64,000 nucleotides of DNA from the human T2T-CHM13v2.0 reference genome, Homo sapiens, in NCBI RefSeq assembly GCF_009914755.1, contig NC_060932.1; one strand, written 5' to 3'. This document shows, one piece after another, positions 59,043 through 64,000 of this stretch. The notes below the pieces were generated by a model that had not been told where the DNA came from, did not search any database, and saw only the letters and a program-made list of their open reading frames with translations. How positions within the stretch are numbered: the stretch's first letter is position 1; every line of letters starts with the position of its first letter. A program made the translations under genes and the position numbers.

Positions 59043-59944
59043 GTAAGCACTGAAGTATGTTTGAAATGACTCACCTGTGATACCTACCACTGACTTTAAC
59101 TTAGGATCCAGTTTTGGATGGTTTGGAGGTCAGGGACTTTGTGGCATATAGTTAATTATTGGATCCTTATAAGCTTTTGTCTCCTTAGTGCTTTTGTCTC
59201 CATAAAGCACAATCTTACTACTTAGAAAAATAGAGTAATAGCATTATGATGATAAAAATATCTTTCCCTTTGTTTTTTTGTATTTCTCCAAATCATTATA
59301 GCTCTCATTTAGAATTATTAAAGCTGAGAACTCTAACAATGAACTTTTATTGTTTAGTGGTTAATTATCTTGATTCTTTGTTTTGCCCTTTCTTGGCCAC
59401 TCAGGAATCTTTCAAGCTCACTGTGGACAGGGAAAGTGACTTGGGTAGAGCTAACATAACTTCATTGTGCTGTGCAGTTAGAATTTTGACCAAAGATGTG
59501 GGTAACTAACTTTTCCTAACTAAATGACATTTAGGTAACTAAACTAAACGAGATTTTCGTAACTAAATTTTGGTGTAACTACATTTAGCTTTAGGTAACT
59601 AAAACGAAGATTTTATTTTATCTGTGGATTTTTTTAGTGCGGGACTAATGTAATTTCTGATTACCATTAATTGAAGGTTGGTTATATTATAACATTTGGA
59701 TTGGTATATTGCTTGCCATGGTTTGTTCTAAATGTTAGCCTTTAGAAGTATTCCTGATTCTAAAACATCAGTTTTTTTTAATAGTCCTGGCAAAGTGTGA
59801 ATCACAACAAAATTCTAATACTTAAAAGTAATCCAAGTGTCACAGATGGTACCCAGAAGACCAGTTTGTATTGGAATTAAAAAATAGAAAACATTAACCC
59901 ATGGTAGCTGTCACTGTATTCTTTCAAAGAAGCCAATGAAATAA

Positions 59945-60088
<144 letters not shown>

Positions 60089-61554
60089 TGAGTATAATCT
60101 CATTTAATCAAATCACATATTTAGTATTCTCTTTAAAACAAGGGAAAAGGCAAATAACCTGTCTGCTTAACAGCAACAGCACAACTTCACTATAGTTATA
60201 CATGCCACACTGTATTTTCTGTGTGACTACAAAATTATTTCAAAGTGATATTTATATAAAATTCATTTCTGCAAATTGTTTTTATAAGTGAGGAAAAATG
60301 GTTTTCCTTTAACTGAGCAGTTCTGAGTAGAAACTAGTTTAAAGATACTTATAAATAAATGTTAATTTAATACTGACTTGTTTTTCATTAAACGAGTGTC
60401 TATGTGCCTGTTTTGTGTATATTACCCAGAACATGCAGATGTACTAGAAGTTCTTAATACAACAATTTGAGGAATAGTGATAATCTTATCTATTTTAATG
60501 TACTCAAAATTTGTTTACATCTAACAGGCACATTTTTGTGAGGATTAAATGAGATGAATAAGAATGAGATGAACAAGTAAATGTGAATAAAACTAATAAG
60601 CCTGTGAAAATCTAGACTGGATTTTTCCTATTCTGAGAATTTAAAATATAATCCACTGAAGTATTTCTTTCCTTTTTTCTTTTGATCTTAAACATTTTTT
60701 ATTTATGTCTTACATACAGAAAAGTGCACATGTTGTAGAGATCAATGAATTGTCATAAACTGGGCACCCTGTGGCCAGCACTTAGTTAAGAATAGGTCAG
60801 TAACAGCATGCCAGAAGACCACCTCTCCAATTGATTTTTCCCATGATATTTTATTAAGAAAATTTTCTAAGATGTAGTAAAGTTGAAAGAACTTTTTTCT
60901 GTGCATGTCTGTATTCCCACCACCTAAATTCAACTATCATTACTATACTTGCTTTATCACATATCCATCCATTCATATGTCTCTATCCATCCATTCATTC
61001 ATTCCAGTTTTAAAATGCATCTCAGGGTCAATCGAGGACACCATTACACTTCCACCTAAGTATTTCAGCATGTAAATTATTAACGAGTTAAATATTTACT
61101 TAACAGTTTTTTCTTTGGTGTAAAATTTGCACGTAAGGAAATATAAAACTTTAAGTGTACATTTGCAAATTTTAAATATACATGTGCATACCCATGTAAC
61201 CCAAATTCTTATCAAGAGATATTATTATCATCACCACACAGAGTTCCCTTATTTCCCTTTTCAGTCAGTCCTTGTCCCTGAGCATTTCTCTTATTATTTT
61301 AAAGTATTGATTCTTTTGGATATCTAGTATGAAGCTTAGAATCTGTTTTTTACTTTAGATGTATGTAGTGAAATTTAATATATATACCAAATGGTAGTTG
61401 TTAGTTAGCTTGAATGGGACATTGGTCAAATGGCATTGTTTGTTTTAAAGTTCCAGGTTTGTGCATTTATGTATGAAGTTTGAAAATAAATTCTATGAGA
61501 GGAAATGAAAAATTGAATGGATTTTAATTTGTACCTTGGGTTTCTTATTAATAA

Positions 61555-61677
<123 letters not shown>

Positions 61678-61828
61678 TAATCCTTTAAAAAAATAAAACA
61701 TAAAGAGTTTGAAATGCTTAATCTTTCATTAAACTCTCAAAATACAAATGCAACTACAAATGATGTAAACTATAGAAGAGAGTGAACAAAGAACAGATGC
61801 TCAGATTTATGTATCAATTAGCTTTTAG

Positions 61829-62065
<237 letters not shown>

Positions 62066-62449
62066 TAAGTCATGTTATCATTGCCACAATATCACCCTCT
62101 TTTTTTCTTCTGTGGGTGAAACATCTGATCCATCATGCATGTTAAAATCTAGTTCACAATAACACATTTCTGCAGGTATTGCTTTATCTTTATTGGTAAT
62201 AAATGACCCTTTAGTGGAAGAGCTTACCTTCTTTCTTGTGTTCTCTGTAATTCAAAGCTACCAGGTGGCCCTGATAAAATTTTTTTAAAAAACATTATTA
62301 CTTTATGCTGGTTTACATTGAATATCTCAAAATTCTTTTCTCTTTTTGTTACCCTTGCTTTTTAGCTTGATAAGAAGTGTATACATGGAAGTATATTTTT
62401 TATCTATGAAACACTTTTCAGCTTCTTCAACCTGAGCTTGCAATCTGTT

Positions 62450-62733
62450 TTAAATTGATACATAATATCTTTACATATTCATGGGGTACTGTAGTATTTT
62501 GATACACTCATATCAAATACACTTGATCAAATCAGGGCATTTGTTCATCAACTTGAACATTTATCATTTCTTTGTGCTGGGAACATTTCTAATCTTTTCT
62601 TTGAGTTATTTTGAAATACACAGTGTTGTTGTTAACTATAGTTACCCTACTGTTGGTTAATGAGTACAAACATACAGTTAGAAGGAATAGGTTCTAGCAA
62701 CCTATTCCTTTACCCCCTGTCATCCCCTGCTGC
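62450..62733 (-). mobile_element. Short L1MA-type insertion with 5' inversion
   Basis: Antisense L1MA 3'UTR 62450-62652 followed by a sense segment tggttaatgagtacaaacatacagttag; flanking direct repeat cctgagcttgca(a/g)tct. Confidence 0.75.
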
Positions 62734-62796
62734 CCTGAGCTTGCAGTCTCTTTCAAAGACCCACCTTAAAAACTTGCATTCTGATAAGGCCCTTGA

Positions 62797-63021
<225 letters not shown>

Positions 63022-63029
63022 TGAGTAAT

Positions 63030-63110
63030 TTTTTTCCCTCAACTTTTATTTTGGATTTATGGGGGTGCATATGCAAGTTTGTTACGTGGGTGAATTACAT
63101 GTTGCTGAGG
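63030..63110 (-). mobile_element. ~80-nt L1 (L1PB/MA-like) 3'-terminal stub at the exon 16 donor
   Basis: caacttttattttggatttatgggggtgcatatgcaagtttgttacgtgggtgaatt resembles the L1 3' end at 36365; flanked by aa(a/g)ttgtgagtaattt. Confidence 0.75.
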
Positions 63111-63389
63111 AAGTTGTGAGTAATTTATGTCATTTCTAATCATGTGGTCAGATGTCTGTGGTATATGAGAGAATTTTGTATACAAACAAATTTTACTAAA
63201 TGCATGAAAAAAAAAGTCCATGATTTTAAAATGCACTTTCTTTTGTACCTTTGCAGGACTGTTACTTTTTAAATCCTTCAAACTTGAAGAAATCTGTTAT
63301 TCTCGGTTCTTGGGCTATAAGATTAGCATTGTACTCATAGAATTATAAAAATTTTGGTTTTGGAAGAGAAGTTGGAGAATATAAAGATT

Positions 63390-63500
63390 TGTCTCATTTT
63401 ATAGATGAGAAAACTGAGGCTCAGAGACAAGTAATTTGCCCAAAATCACACAATGACTGGCTGAGCAGGGACTGGATTCTAGGTCTCTTGCCCAACCAAT
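63390..63500. mobile_element. MIR SINE core
   Basis: ctcattttatagatgagaaaactgaggctcagaga...gtaatttgcccaaaatcacac. Confidence 0.85.
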
Positions 63501-63540
63501 TCTATCATGATGTAATTCCTAAGGAGAATGTCATCTCAGA

Positions 63541-63665
63541 TACACATACACACACCCATTTTGTGTGTGTGTGTGTGTGTGTATATGTACACACACACAC
63601 AAACATATGTACACTTATATATACATACACACACATATATTAATATATATGCATATATATGCATG
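63541..63665. repeat. Compound (CA)n/(TG)n/(TA)n microsatellite
   Basis: Directly visible alternating purine-pyrimidine tracts. Confidence 0.9.
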
Positions 63666-64000
63666 TTCTAATTCAGAACATTTTCATCACTCCCAAAAGA
63701 ACACCCCTGCCCATTAAGCAGTTGCTTTCTTTACGTATATATTAGTATATACATACACACGAGATACACATATATTTACTGAGTTTTGATAAATGCATAC
63801 AAAGATGTAAACCAAACCTCTAACAAGATACAGAATATCACTGACACTCTAGAAAGTTTCTTCATGTCCCTCCCCAGTCTGTCCTTCCATCCTCCATCCT
63901 AGGCAAGCCACTGCTCCGATTTTCTCTACCATAGTTTGGTAGAATGCCATATAAATGCAGTCACACAATATTAACTCTTTTGTGTAAGACTTCTTTCATT

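Noticed and set aside
59501-59615. Repeat-spacer-like pattern (CRISPR-like)
   Set aside because: Repeats are short (8-14 nt) and irregularly spaced in a mammalian intron, with no cas genes.

Overview
Human (or near-identical great-ape) genomic DNA from the 8p12 PURG-WRN head-to-head locus. On the minus strand, the complete single-coding-exon PURG (Pur-gamma A, 347 aa) CDS lies at 3907->2864. It shares a CpG-island bidirectional promoter (~3700-5400; ZNF143/THAP11-type, NRF1, GC-box and G-run motifs) with WRN (Werner syndrome RecQ helicase/exonuclease) on the plus strand. I resolved WRN non-coding exon 1 and coding exons 2-16 by GT-AG boundaries and frame continuity (1898 coding nt: exonuclease domain, duplicated acidic exon, start of the helicase core). 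The gene continues beyond the window. Introns are dense with Alu, L1, L2, MIR, LTR and DNA-transposon fossils. There is no prokaryotic-type system (CRISPR etc.), and I cannot claim a wholly new biological system. The most interesting sequence-level observations are: (1) the WRN exon 10/11 duplication carries the footprint of Alu-Alu unequal crossover (chimeric middle Alu with swapped TSDs); (2) a 48-codon uORF is assembled across the 24-kb intron 1, in frame with WRN and switchable by a tandem acceptor; (3) an L1 target-site duplication copied the exon 16 splice donor; (4) a PURG uORF stops at the same codon whether or not its intron is spliced. Repeat family names and repeat boundaries are from recall and are approximate.
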